A stretch of DNA of 63,622 bases, the filler included, from Reclinomonas americana ATCC 50394 (taxonomy: Eukaryota), in assembly GCA_048213135.1 (NCBI GenBank). It is 8 parts of 8 records of this genome, joined end to end, with 100 filler letters (N's around TTAATTAATTAA, not from the genome) between each part and the next. Parts side by side here need not be neighbours in the genome. Positions count along the whole stretch, not along the records: positions 1 to 2,771 come from AFZH01022030.1; positions 2,872 to 11,620 come from AFZH01022031.1; positions 11,721 to 14,661 come from AFZH01022032.1; 5 more parts are not named here. One strand, 5' to 3'. Positions 1 to 11,800 of this stretch are shown in pieces. The notes under the pieces were generated by a model. That model worked only from the letters and a program-made list of their open reading frames with translations, ran no database searches and was not told the origin of the DNA. The stretch's first letter is position 1; each line of letters begins with the position of its first letter. The translations under genes and the position numbers were made by a program.

Positions 1-1
<1 letters not shown>

Positions 2-46
<45 letters not shown>
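2..46. repeat. (TC)n microsatellite, probably intronic
   Basis: Direct inspection. Confidence 0.95.
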
Positions 47-49
<3 letters not shown>

Positions 50-87
50 TGATTGTGTGTTAATGCTTCGTATCGTCGCTCCGCAGT

Positions 88-2771
88 GGTCAAGGTGGTG
101 GCCTGTACATTTCCCAGTCCGTCGGCACCGTGTCAGGCTGCGATTTCTCCGCCAACACCGCCTTTATGGGTGGCGCCGTGTACATTACCTGCGCGTCGAC
201 CGGCTCGTGTGTGCCGACGTCGCTTAACAACTTGGCAGTCAGTGACAGCATGCCGTCCAGTTGGAACGTGTTGGCGCTCAGTGGCTCGGTCGCTGCGTTC
301 AACCAGACGCACGTTGTTGACACGACTGCGTCTACGCAACCGGTGGTGCACGACACGTCGCTCGACGACATTGTTCCTGGCTTCTTTGCTCAAGGTCGTG
401 TGCGTCGCGGCGATGTGCGGTCTCGTGACATTGCGCTGCGAGATTCGACGCAGACAATTACGTTCACCGGCACGACGGTTTTCAATAGCAACTTTGCCAC
501 TGGCTCTGGTGGTGCTATCATGTGGACCAATGTGCAGCCGACTGTGGCCATGACTGTCGAGTTCACCAACAACGACGCCAACTATGGCGACGAAGTGGCC
601 TCTGGTGCGTTGAGATTGTTTTTCTTTGTAGTTTGTGTGATGTGTCCGCTTCAGTGCTCATCTCTTTTGCATTTTTCGTGCTTGTCTTTCCCCGCTTGTG
701 CAGTGGCCAAGGGCGTGCAGGTTGTTGGTAGTTTCTCGCCCGTCATCACATCGGGTCAAACTATCACGACGCCATTGGTGGTGGCGCTGGTTGATCAGAC
801 TGGCGATGTGGTGTCCACTGACAACAGCACGATTGTCGAAGTGCGCAGTACGGCGGCCGGTGTCGACGTCACAGGTCTCACGTCCAAGTCTGTGTCGATG
901 GGTCGAGCAACGTTTACGGTACGGCTCGCCCCATCTCTACTTCCTCGTCATCATCACCATTTGACAACTGACTTTCTTCTGCTTCCTCTGTAATCTAGGG
1001 CCTCGCGGTGTTGGCCACTCCGGGTTCCACAGTCGCGCTGCAAGTTTCATCGTCGGGCCTGCAGGCGGCCAGTGTGCAGCTGGTGGTACGCAACTGCACC
1101 GTGGGCGAGAATCTGACGAATGGCGGTCGCCAGTGCACTCCGTGCCCGACCGGCAGCTACACGCTTGTGGCCTATGGCCAGTGCACGCAGTGCACTGAAG
1201 ATGGTATCAACTGCGCGGCCGGTGGAGCAGCTGCTGTCAGCCAAGACGGCTACTGGCTCTACCGCAACGGCGACCTGTATCAGGTGTATCAGTGTCCCGA
1301 CACGTATTGTATGGCGAACAACACCTGTGGCGCCTACCGCGACATCAACTCACCACTGTGTGCTCGCTGCCTCGATGGCCGTCTCAACTGGGGCCTCAAA
1401 TGCGTCAGTTGCGGCCTCAGTTACCGTGTCAGATCCCGTCGGCCAGTGGATTAATTGTTTCTGTACAGATTGCCGTGGTACAAATTGGCTGGCCGTGTGG
1501 GGTCTCTTCTTCCTGGCGTGGTTCTACGTGGCGGCCTTGTTGTGGATTGGCCGTTCGTCATCTGGCAAATTCAAGATTCTCCTATACTTTGCCCAGACTG
1601 TGCAGGTTCCGTTTTCAGCGCACGTGACGCCAGTGTGTCCGTTGCTCACTACATGCTCCTTGCGTGCACATACAGCTTCTGCTCGGTCCGAACTCGAGTC
1701 TCCTTTCGTTGTTTGCTTTCTTCAACGTCGACTTCCAGCAAGTTAGCGGTGACGGATGCGTTGCACCGCTTTCGTTCTACGCCAAGTCTGGCTTCATTTT
1801 ATTGTTGCCAATCATCTTCGGCGTCTTCCTTTGTATGTCGTTTGGCGTCAACTGGGTGTGGTTGCGGTACGAGTTTGAGATCAAGAACTTTGCCTGGTTC
1901 TTATGGGCGGTGCGTTGTGCTTTTGATGCCCTGTTGTTGACTTCGTCGTTCGCTCACTTGTATCGCAGTTTATACGCACGTGTGAGCCTCGGCGACGCTG
2001 GAAGGACATGAAACTGAGAATTCGGCAGCAGCGCGACGATGCCGATCCCGACCGTCGTGTGCAAATGGACAACTACATTCATACGTTTGCTTTCCTGGTG
2101 CTCTTCGCGTACTCCAGTGTCACGCAAACTGTGCTGCAGTTTATCAACTGTCGTTCGGTACGATGCGCGGGCACAGTGATTGTTGTGTGTGTGTGTGTGT
2201 GTGTGTGTGCTGCTGCTGCTGACTCGGTTGGCCTTTTTTTGGTGCAGGTCGGCACGGCCAAGCTCGTGGCCTCGTCTCCCGACATTGATTGCTCATCGTC
2301 CGAGTACAAGACCTGGCTTCCGTTCTACTACATTCTGCTGGCCTGCTTCGTTGCTGCCGGGTTGCGTTTGTGTCTGCTGCTCCATGCCATGTGCCCAGCA
2401 AAGAGGGCGGCAGGTTACTCATTTGTTTCCCGCTGGCACAGACCGATTGGACTGCTCATATTCCTGTTGTGGGCTCGCTGGAAGAAGAAGCTCGGCAGTG
2501 AGAAGTTCCGCAAGCGCGCCGCCGTGCTCTACTCGTGCTACCGCAGTCGCGCGTTCTACTGGGAAGTGATTTTCGTCGCTCGGTTCGTTCCTTTGCCTGA
2601 CCATGCACCATTGTGTGGGTTTGTCTTTGTTGACTCACTCTCGATTCTGTCTGCAGGCGTACTATTCTAATTGCGCTTTACGTGGCGCTTTTCGACCAAG
2701 AATCGTCGCGGTCGTTTGCGCTCGCCTTTGCCTGCATTGTGATCTCGGCCTTGCACATTGCGTTCATGCCG
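88..2771 (+). CDS. Partial multi-exon membrane protein: GGA(I/V)/FxxN repeats, Ig-like region, Cys-rich region and multi-pass TM C-terminus
   Basis: Exons give 'FSANTAFMGGAVY', 'FNSNFATGSGGAI', 'CTPCPTGSY', 'QCPDTYC', 'CARCLDG', then hydrophobic helices ('FKILLYFAQT', 'YRSRAFYWEVIF'). GT-AG introns. The 5' end is off-window and the 3' end runs into a gap. Confidence 0.75.
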
Positions 2772-2871
2772 NNNNNNNNNNNNNNNNNNNNNNNNNNNNN
2801 NNNNNNNNNNNNNNNTTAATTAATTAANNNNNNNNNNNNNNNNNNNNNNNNNNNNNNNNNNNNNNNNNNNN
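2772..2871. other. Assembly spacer (44N-TTAATTAATTAA-44N)
   Basis: Identical six-frame-stop linkers also occur at 11621-11720, 14662-14761, 18709-18808, 30656-30755, 51017-51116 and 60762-60861. Confidence 0.98.
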
Positions 2872-2975
2872 GACAAGGAAGAAAAAGGAGACGACAAGTC
2901 ACCTAGTGTCGAGGTTGCGTGCTCGTGTATGTTTGAGAGGGCGAGACCGGGGCTGATGGTGCGTGTCTCGCGCAG

Positions 2976-5597
2976 ATGACCGTTTCTCCGGCTGTGGATG
3001 GCCGTGGGAGTCGGGCTGCCCGCCAGACGCGCTCCTCACCACTGTCGGTGGTGTCCACACGGGCGCCATCTGCACCTCCCTCGGCAGCACCTACGGCAGC
3101 ACCCGTCGCGCCGCAGCTAGTCGCTCCGCAGTCGGCGACAGATAGCAGCCTTCGCCGCAACCCTGATGAGGACGACGAGTTGGTAATGGACGCCGATGCA
3201 CTGGTACCCAACACACTCGCACACACTGTTTCCCTGTCGTCGACGATAGGCTCTCATCGCTTTCTTCTTGCTTGTGTATGTGTATGTGTATGTGGATCAG
3301 CCGGAGGGTGCAGAGCTCAGCGCCGATCGCACTGTGCACTTGCGCTTGAGTGCCGATTTCTCGTTTGATATTGATGAGGACTTTCTGGTGCGCCGTGCAT
3401 GTGATCCTCCCCCGCTACGACACATTGTGTTGAGTGTGTATGTGTGTGTTTTCTACGCAGCGACGGTACAAGGACGTGCAGGAGTCAGTGCTGATGACGC
3501 TGGCGCGCTCCGACTTGTCCGAGATCAAGAAGCAGGCTGTAAATTTGGAGCAAGTGGCCAAGGTACGTCTGTGCGTGTGTGCACGTCTCTCGTCCACTTC
3601 TGCATCCTTACACGCTTGCACGAGCGCAGGAGTGGCGGACGGCTTCTGTCGTCGCCGATGGCCGGCCACGAGTGGAAGTGACCGATGTGAGCGAGTTGGA
3701 GCAGGAGAGCTTGGATCCGACGTTTGAGATTTCGCAGGGTTTGTCTGTCGCGGAGGACTGCGCTACGTGTGTGTGTGTGCCTACCTGAACCCATTGCTCA
3801 TTTTATCCTGCACAATATGTGCAGTGTCGTCGTCTGCGCCGCCGTCGTCGGCCGTCGTTCGGCACGAGGCTACCCACGTGTCTACAACGCTGACGCGACA
3901 GCCGCTGCTCTCGCCACCACTGTCGGCGGCATCGTCTCCCGAATCGTCCAACAGTGGTTTCGTTGCCGGTCCCGGTCGCAGCCAAAAGCGGCTGCTGTTC
4001 GACGAGAGCGCCAGCGAGATCGACGCATCGCCGTCGCCGGTGAAACCACGCAACCGCAGCCCAACTGCCACGTCGACGCAGCAATTGCTGCTTCAGTACG
4101 ACACTCTGGTGGGCTTGAGCAGCAACAAACCACCACCGGCCTCGACAACAACGACAACCACAGTCGCCAGAGACGCGGTCGTTCTGTCGCCACCACTGCA
4201 ACACGACAGCAGCGTTACTGATCCACGTGCGTTGGCCGTGCGCGACATGCACGCCGACGTTCGACGCGTCCGCGACGCTCTCGTGACACTGCCAATGGCG
4301 GAGCCTTCGCGAGAGGAGAGGTTGCTGGCAGCCGCCTCCACTCATGTGATGGACACGTTGGAGCGAGTTCGCTCCTTCCTGGAGGAGGTGAGTAAGTGAC
4401 CCGTATTTTTCTTGATTCAATCGTCCTTTTCTCACTGTCCAGTTGCAGGTGCGACAAGAGATGCAGATGGACCAGCAGGACAAGACGGCCATGGCGCAGG
4501 CGCTGCAGATGCAGTTTGACGAGCTGCACAGTGTGCGACAGGTTTGCAAGCTCTGCATATATTTCTTGTCTGCCCTCCCCCGCCTGACAACCACACACGC
4601 GAACATCAGGAGCTCGACGGCGCGCGTCGCGATCGTGACGAGCTGAGGAGAGAGATTGTTGCTGTGCGCGAGGAAATGGACAGCCGAGCCGCACAGGTGC
4701 TGCTTCCTCGACTCTCATTTTTTAAGTTGTTATTATGGTCTCACACAGTTTGTGATGCCGTCCACACAGACCGAAGCCATGCTGGTGGCGGCGAGACAGG
4801 TGGCGGACTTTTCGCGCTTCAGCAAGATCCTCGATGTGATGCACGCCCCGCGCGGCGAGGGACCCGATCCGCTTGGCTACCTGCTGGCCAACGCCAAGAG
4901 TCACGGTGCGTGCGTGCGTGCGTGCAGCTCTTGTCGGCCCGATTGACACACTTTGCTGACTGAGATTTGACAGCGGGTGAATCGTCGACTCAAACGGCCC
5001 CGCGAGAACGCCACTCGCAGCCAGTCATGACGCCGCCACCACCACAACCAGGCACCTACAAAGGAGCACACCAACCACCGCAGCATGCCTATGGACGCCA
5101 CAAGCCACCGACCCCGCCGCGACACCACGATGGTGCGTCTGGGTCCACTGTGAAACCGGTGCGAGTCACCGTCCCCAGCGTGACCCGCGGCGACGATGCT
5201 GAAAGCTATGCTGCCGGCTCGCGCGTTCCCACCGACGACGAGGATGCCGTGCTGTTTGACGAAGAGCAGCAGCAGCAACAGCTTCGTCACACACACCATC
5301 GTGGACAGCAGCGACGGTCGCCCTCGGATGCCGATGACCGCACGCAGCGAGTGAGTGCCGTCCGCAATTCTTCCCTCCTTGTTATGCACAACAACAACAA
5401 CAACTGATCCCATTGTTTGGCAGCTCATGGCCGACATGCCGCTGGTGGCGCACTCCTTGTTGCAACGCATGCGAGTTGAGCGCGTAGAAATTCCCTCTTC
5501 TTCTGCTGTTCTCCTTTTGCTTGGCGTACTGACGTTATGAGTACACGCACAGAGCCCAACTGCCATCTACCAAGGAGGAGCGGGCGATCGACGGTGA
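2976..5597 (+). CDS. Hypothetical multi-exon protein with low-complexity and coiled-coil segments (5' end uncertain)
   Basis: An in-frame exon chain via GT-AG introns gives 'DEDFL|RRYKDVQESVLMTLARSDLSEIKKQAVNLEQVAK|EW' and 'QMQFDELHSVRQ|ELDGARRDRDELRREI'. Confidence 0.55.
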
Positions 5598-5676
5598 CGA
5601 CGTCGAATAAAACACAAAGTCGGTCCTGTCTGTGCATGTCCCGCGTGTTTGCATTTTTCCCCCCTTTCGGACCGCC

Positions 5677-8600
5677 ATGGTTCAATACAACTTCAAGAAG
5701 ATCCAGCCCGTGCCGAGCGGGCGTGACATTGTCGACATTGTGTTGACGCGCACGCAGCGCAAGACACCGACAGTCGTCCATCGCCACTTCCAGATTCACC
5801 GCATTCGAGGTGTGTGTGTTTTCTTTTCTTTTCTTTTTCTTTGCATGTGAGCGTGAGAGGGTGGTTGTCGCCATGCGACACGCTCGTGTTGTGTTTATTC
5901 TCGTCGTGCGCGTGTGTGTTTGTGTGGTGGGGCGCTTTTTTTGTTGGTGATGTGCATGTGCATGTGCACATGCACATGTACACACGCACACCACTTTCTT
6001 TTGCCCCCGCCCTCTGCTCACCCGTCTCTGTATTCACAGCGTTCTACATGCGCAAGGTCAAGTTCACTCAGCAGACGATCCATGAGAAGCTGACGGCGCT
6101 GTTAGACGATTTCCCGCGTCTCGACGACATTCACCCGTTCTACTCGGATCTCATGAACGTGCTCTACGACAAGGACCACTACAAGCTCGCCCTCGGTCAC
6201 GTGGCCACCGCGCGCCGCCTCATCGACCACATTGGTGCCGAGTACTTGCGTCTCCTCAAGTTTGGCGACTCGCTCTTCCGCTGCAAGAACCTCAAGCGCG
6301 CCGCACTCGGCCGGTTCGTTTCCCTCTCTTATTCTTGGTTTATTGTGGTTGGCACTGACTTTGTTATTGTGATTTGCGCAGCATGTGCACCATTCTCAAG
6401 AAGCAGAACGCCAGCCTGCAGTACTTGGAGGAAGTGCGACAGCATTTGTCGCGTCTGCCCTCCATCGACCCCAACACGCGCACACTCATTCTCACCGGCT
6501 ACCCGAATGTCGGCAAGAGCTCGTTTATGAATGCTGGTGTGTGTGTGTGTCTTGAAAGCCGCATTACCTCGATGCTGTTGCCCTTTGCTAACCTGTGTTT
6601 TTGTGCCGCGCCAGTGACGAGGGCCGATGTCGAAGTGCAGCCGTACGCCTTCACCACCCGCTCGCTCTTTGTCGGCCACACGGACTACCAGTACCTGAGA
6701 TATCAAGTGATTGACACGCCCGGTATTCTCGATCACCCGCTCGAGGACCGAAACAACATTGAGATGCAGAGCATTACGGCGCTGGCGCATTTGCGCGCAG
6801 CTGTGCTCTACCTCGTCGATGTGTCGGAGCAGTGCGGCTTTTCGCTGCAGGAGCAGGTGAGACGCATACACGCTCTTCACTGCCACTTGTGTGCGATTGC
6901 TTGCTCAACTTTCTTGTCCTCATTTTTTTCAGGTCGCCCTCTTCCACTCGATCAAGCCACTATTTGCCAACAAGCCGCTGACGGTGGTCATCAACAAGAT
7001 CGATGTGAAGAGTCTGGACGATTTGGAGCCGGAACAGCGTGCTCTGGTCGACAGCATGACTGAGGATGGCGTGGTGCGTGCCATTTGAGTGCAAATTTCT
7101 CTTTGTGCCGCTCACGCTTACCCTGCTCTTTGTCCGCAGGCGCAATTGATGCAGATGAGTACCCTGGCGCAGACCGGTGTTATGGATGTGAAGAACGCTG
7201 TGTGCCAGAGGCTTTTGGAGCATCGCGTGGAGCAAAAGCTTCGCGGACGCAAGGTGGAGGAGGTACTGAATCGGCTGCATGTGGCCGAACCGGAGCCGCG
7301 CGATGGAAAGGTATGTGTGTGCTGGGGCAGTCGGTTTGATGTTTTTTCTCTCTCCTTTGTGCACGGGGGTGCCGGCTAGTATGATGGATACTTTACAAGG
7401 CTGAAAACAATGACGATTTTCTTGTATTCCTGTGGTTCTGATACACTACCCACGTCGCACCCCCCGTTCTCTGCTGTTGAAACACACGCATACGTGAGCA
7501 TGCATGTTGCCGTACCGTTTCTCACTCGCCTCGTGCCCTTGCTTGCTACAGCCGCGTCCGGTGTCGATTCCGGAGAGTGTGGTGCGTGCTCGCGAGCGGC
7601 AAGCAGCCGCTGCAGCTGCGGCTGCCGAGGCAGAGGAGGGAGCCGCGGGTTCTTCTGGCGTCAGTGGTGGTACGTTAGTTGGAGATACCCGATCTCTTCC
7701 TTTCCTTTTGCTTATTTGGTCGACTGCAGCCATGGAGGTGTCGAGGACATTGGAGAAGGATCTGGAGGCAGTCCACGGCGGTCCAGGCGTCTACACACCA
7801 GACCTGCGCAGTTTCGTCTCTCTCTCTCTCTCTCGCGTTTACTCTCCTCTCTATTTTTGTACTCACCCATTGGTGGCACACACAGAGTGGTACATGCTGC
7901 CGAACCCAGAGGAGGCGTGGGACGAGATTCCGGAAATCTTTGAGGGCAAGAACATTGCCGATTACATTGATCCCGACATTCTGCTCAAGTTGCAAGAGCT
8001 CGAGGAGGAAGAGGATCGACTGCTCGCCGAGGCAGCGTCGGGCAGACCAGTTGCGTAATTTTTATGGCGTACACCACGTGAGTTATGTTGACGCTGACTC
8101 GGGTTGTTTTTTGCAGCATGTGGATGGTGATGACGACGACGAGGATGACATTGAGCTGGACGACGACCTGTTGGAGGCCGCCGCCATTATCTCGGAGCGG
8201 AAGAAGGCCGCCATGCTCCATGCGCAGAGCACGAAGAACGGACAAGTGCACATGCCGCGCACGAACCGCCAAGCGTACGCGTTGCCAGAAGGAGCGGATC
8301 GTGATCGTCTTGTTGAGCGCGGTGTTGACATGGACCGCGTGGAGGAGGCGGTGCGCACTCGTGGCCGTTCAAGAACTCGCCGTTGCGTTGCACTCCAATC
8401 ATTGTTGTGCCTGTGTGTGTTTGTGCTGACGAGAATCATCCTTGCGTGCACAGTGCCACCTGCGGGCACCAAGAGACGCCGCCCCGAAGACGGCTTTGAC
8501 GAGTCCGGTGATGCCGTCATGGACGACGAGTCGGGCTCCCGACCGGCACGCTCGCGCAGCCGCTCTCGTGCCGACCGTGCCTTGTCAATCACTCGCGGTC

Positions 8601-8779
8601 TGTCGACGAAGCGTCAAAAGATTCAGGCGCAGAAGGTGGTGGAGAAGGCACAGGAGAAGCGGCGTACTCCTGGTTCTCGATTTGCTACGATCGACCCCGG
8701 CGATCGCAAGATTGTGTCGCGCAAGCCGAAGCACTTGTTTACGGGCAAGCGAAGCATTGGCAAGACCGATCGGCGTTAA
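5677..8779 (+). CDS. NOG1: Nucleolar GTP-binding protein 1 (NOG1/GTPBP4), 11 exons
   Basis: Motifs 'YNFKKI', '[10 protein letters not shown]', 'GYPNVGKSS', 'DTPGILD', 'NKID', '[12 protein letters not shown]' and C-terminal '[18 protein letters not shown]'. Confidence 0.97.
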
Positions 8780-8886
8780 AGTGTGTGTGTGCGTGTCTGT
8801 TTACGAAGGAGATAATGTTGTTTTGCTAGCTTTGTTTAATGAAAAGAGTTATTCGCGATTGTTTACTTGCGGCTGTTTCATCACTC

Positions 8887-11800
8887 TCACATCTCGCTCT
8901 CCGCATCGGCCTCCTGGGCGGCCTCAGCAGCCGCAACCGAAGGCGAGGTTGCCGCGGCGGCCATTTGCAGAGCACTTTTGTGCTCTTCGACGAGCTGGTG
9001 CGCCGCGAGGAGCACCGGCGCTAGCGCCTCGAGCAGCTTGGAGCGGCCCAGGTCGCTCTGCTCCGAGGCTGTAGCGCGCAACCGCGTGTCCTCCAGGTTG
9101 CCCTTCAGGCGCTCGAGCCACTGCAGCCAGATACTGGGACTCAGGTGGTGCTCCTCGGCGTGCGTCGCTCCACCAGGAGTGGCTGCGGCGGAGTGTGCCG
9201 AGTGCAACGGCAGACGCGCCGACAGCGCGTTGAGGGATGCCGACTGACGCAACGGTGCGGCCGTTGGCACTGAAGACACCGCGTCATCGCCACCAGCTTC
9301 GATGTTCAGACGCTCACTTCCGTGTGCTCGCCACTCCGCGCATGCGAGGCGACACAGAGGCCGGTACGCAGCCTGCTGCACTTGCAGGAAGCTGTGTCGT
9401 CGCAGCACGTAAGCACAACGCGATCAAGGAGAAAAGGCAACGACACGAACCCGGCGAGGAACACCAGCAGCGTCTCGGCAACATTCACGGTAAACGGCTC
9501 GTGCGCCCGCATGCCACGAATGACGGCCACCAACACTTCGTCTGTTGCGACAAGGAGAGAAAAGATCGCAGTTGAGCATTTCCTCCACATCACTATCTCT
9601 CCTCCCCCCCCCCCCCGCCTCCCTCTCCTCCTCACCACTCTCTTGATTCTTCAACGCCAGTGCCGCTACCGTGCGCACCGCCACAATGGCCGCAAGATCA
9701 GAGGCCAGCGATGATCGATCGTGGCTCCACAGTACCACCGACAGCAGCCAGCGAACGGTGCCGAGCGAGGCAAATGTCGACGGCTGTGTCATTGAACTTG
9801 TGAGTGCGTGTGTGTGTGTGCGACAAGCAAAGTACGTCAAATATCACGCACCTCGTACTGCTCCACCAGTTCGGCAACAACACGATGATACACATCGCGT
9901 TCTCGTGGTAATACGCTGTGTCGCGGTGCTTCCGGCATCTTTCGGCGCGGTGACCCATCGACAATGCTGGGCGGCAACGACGGGGCCGACGACGACGACG
10001 GCACCGACAGCGACGACGATGAGTTGGAAGAGAGCGATGATGAAGACCAAGAAGACGGAAGTGAGGATGACGCAGAGGAGGCCGACTCGCTGCCCACTGT
10101 TGCCAGTGACAGCGCTGTTGTCAGCAGGTTCTCGCCATGTGCGTCCAACGGAGGTCTGTATCAGTGAAGAAGAACTATGAGCAAGACACAAGTGCTTGCT
10201 GCATGTGACAACGACAGCACCTGCGTCCGCGAGCAGAGCCGGGTCCACTGCCACTTGCGCGCGAGCTGGCCGTATAGCAGGCGGTGGCCGATATTTGCAG
10301 TAACAGAGCCCGCCGCCTCCACGACCACTGCAGTTTCTCCCACACAACGCCCTCGGGAACTGCAGGGTATGCATGCACTGTGAGTCTTGCACGCGACAGC
10401 ACTGGCGACCAAAAAATGCACACAAATGTAGCGCACTTTGATTGCCACGTGCTTGATCCATCGACGGCCGTGAGGCGTTGGGATCACGCAACGGTGGCCT
10501 CCGGGAATCTATGGTAAAGTGTATTGCGAGTGAGCGCAAGTGCGACACGACTGCCAAGCGCGTGGCGTACCGAGTGAACGACGTTCGCCTGCCGAGTCCG
10601 ACGAGCGCAACGAGTCGACTCGCGTTGAGGGCAATGGCGGTCTGGAGCGACAGCAGTTATTCCAAGAGGAAAAGAAAAGAGAGGTCGACGAGGGAGTTGG
10701 AGGACGCAACAGCGCTGGGTGGCCTTCGCTGTCCGTGGTGAGATTGAGCGTGAGTGACGCAGTCGACGAAGCTGTTGCGGCACCAGGTGCGGGCGGACGA
10801 ATCACGCGCAGTAATCGTTCCCGACGCACGGAGCTGAGGCAGAAGCCGTCGAGCAAACTGCACAGCGAGTCGCACAGCTCCTCACACGTCTGTGCCGCAC
10901 AAACGAGTCATGTGAGCTCCCTTACAAACACACTAGCGCAGCAGTGGGAGAGATCGACGCAGTACCTTGAATGACACATTCGGGTTGGAGAACGCCTGGA
11001 AGGCAGAACCGACTGCCTTGGACACCAATTGCGATGATTCGGCACTCTACAATCGCGGAAGGTGAGACTTAATGATAAACAACGACGACGACATCTCCAG
11101 TGCTGTCGCGCACCTGCGGATCGTACACAATCATGCCGATCAGAACCCGGAAAAAGTGCCCCGTCAGTACCGCGTTCGACGACAAGTTGGCCATGAATTT
11201 TTGCGCTCGCTGCATGGCATAGTCTGCCACAACAGCCTCGTTGCCGGCGAGGAACTATGCACACGCGACGGTTAGCACGACATGAAACATGAGTACGCCC
11301 CACAGGTACCACTCGGCGCAACAGAAACGACACGAGCGTGTGTCACGTCGGCCAAACCCATGGCGACTTGCTGCTGCACGCTCCACGTTGTGTCTTGCGT
11401 CCATTCACCAAGCAGTGCTGCCGCACGCTGTGCAACCAGCTGGCTGCGAGCTCCAATGGCTCCATCGGCACGCTCAACCAGCAAACACGCAATACCCTGC
11501 ACACAAATACGGATCAGATTACTCGACTCTGGCGACGTGTTGCCTGCAGCGCGACTCACCCGCAAGATGCCAAACGCCGTCAACGCCTGCAACACACTGT
11601 CTGCATCGTCTACCGTCGCGNNNNNNNNNNNNNNNNNNNNNNNNNNNNNNNNNNNNNNNNNNNNTTAATTAATTAANNNNNNNNNNNNNNNNNNNNNNNN
11701 NNNNNNNNNNNNNNNNNNNNAGGTTATCGAGCGCGGCCAGGTAGTGCGCGGTGTGAATCGGACACGGGTGTGCACGCAGCGACACCAGTCCGGAATCACG

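Noticed and set aside
9964..10167. Acidic plus-strand ORF (DDDDGTDSDDDE...)
   Set aside because: Most simply the antisense shadow of a Ser-rich exon in the minus-strand gene.
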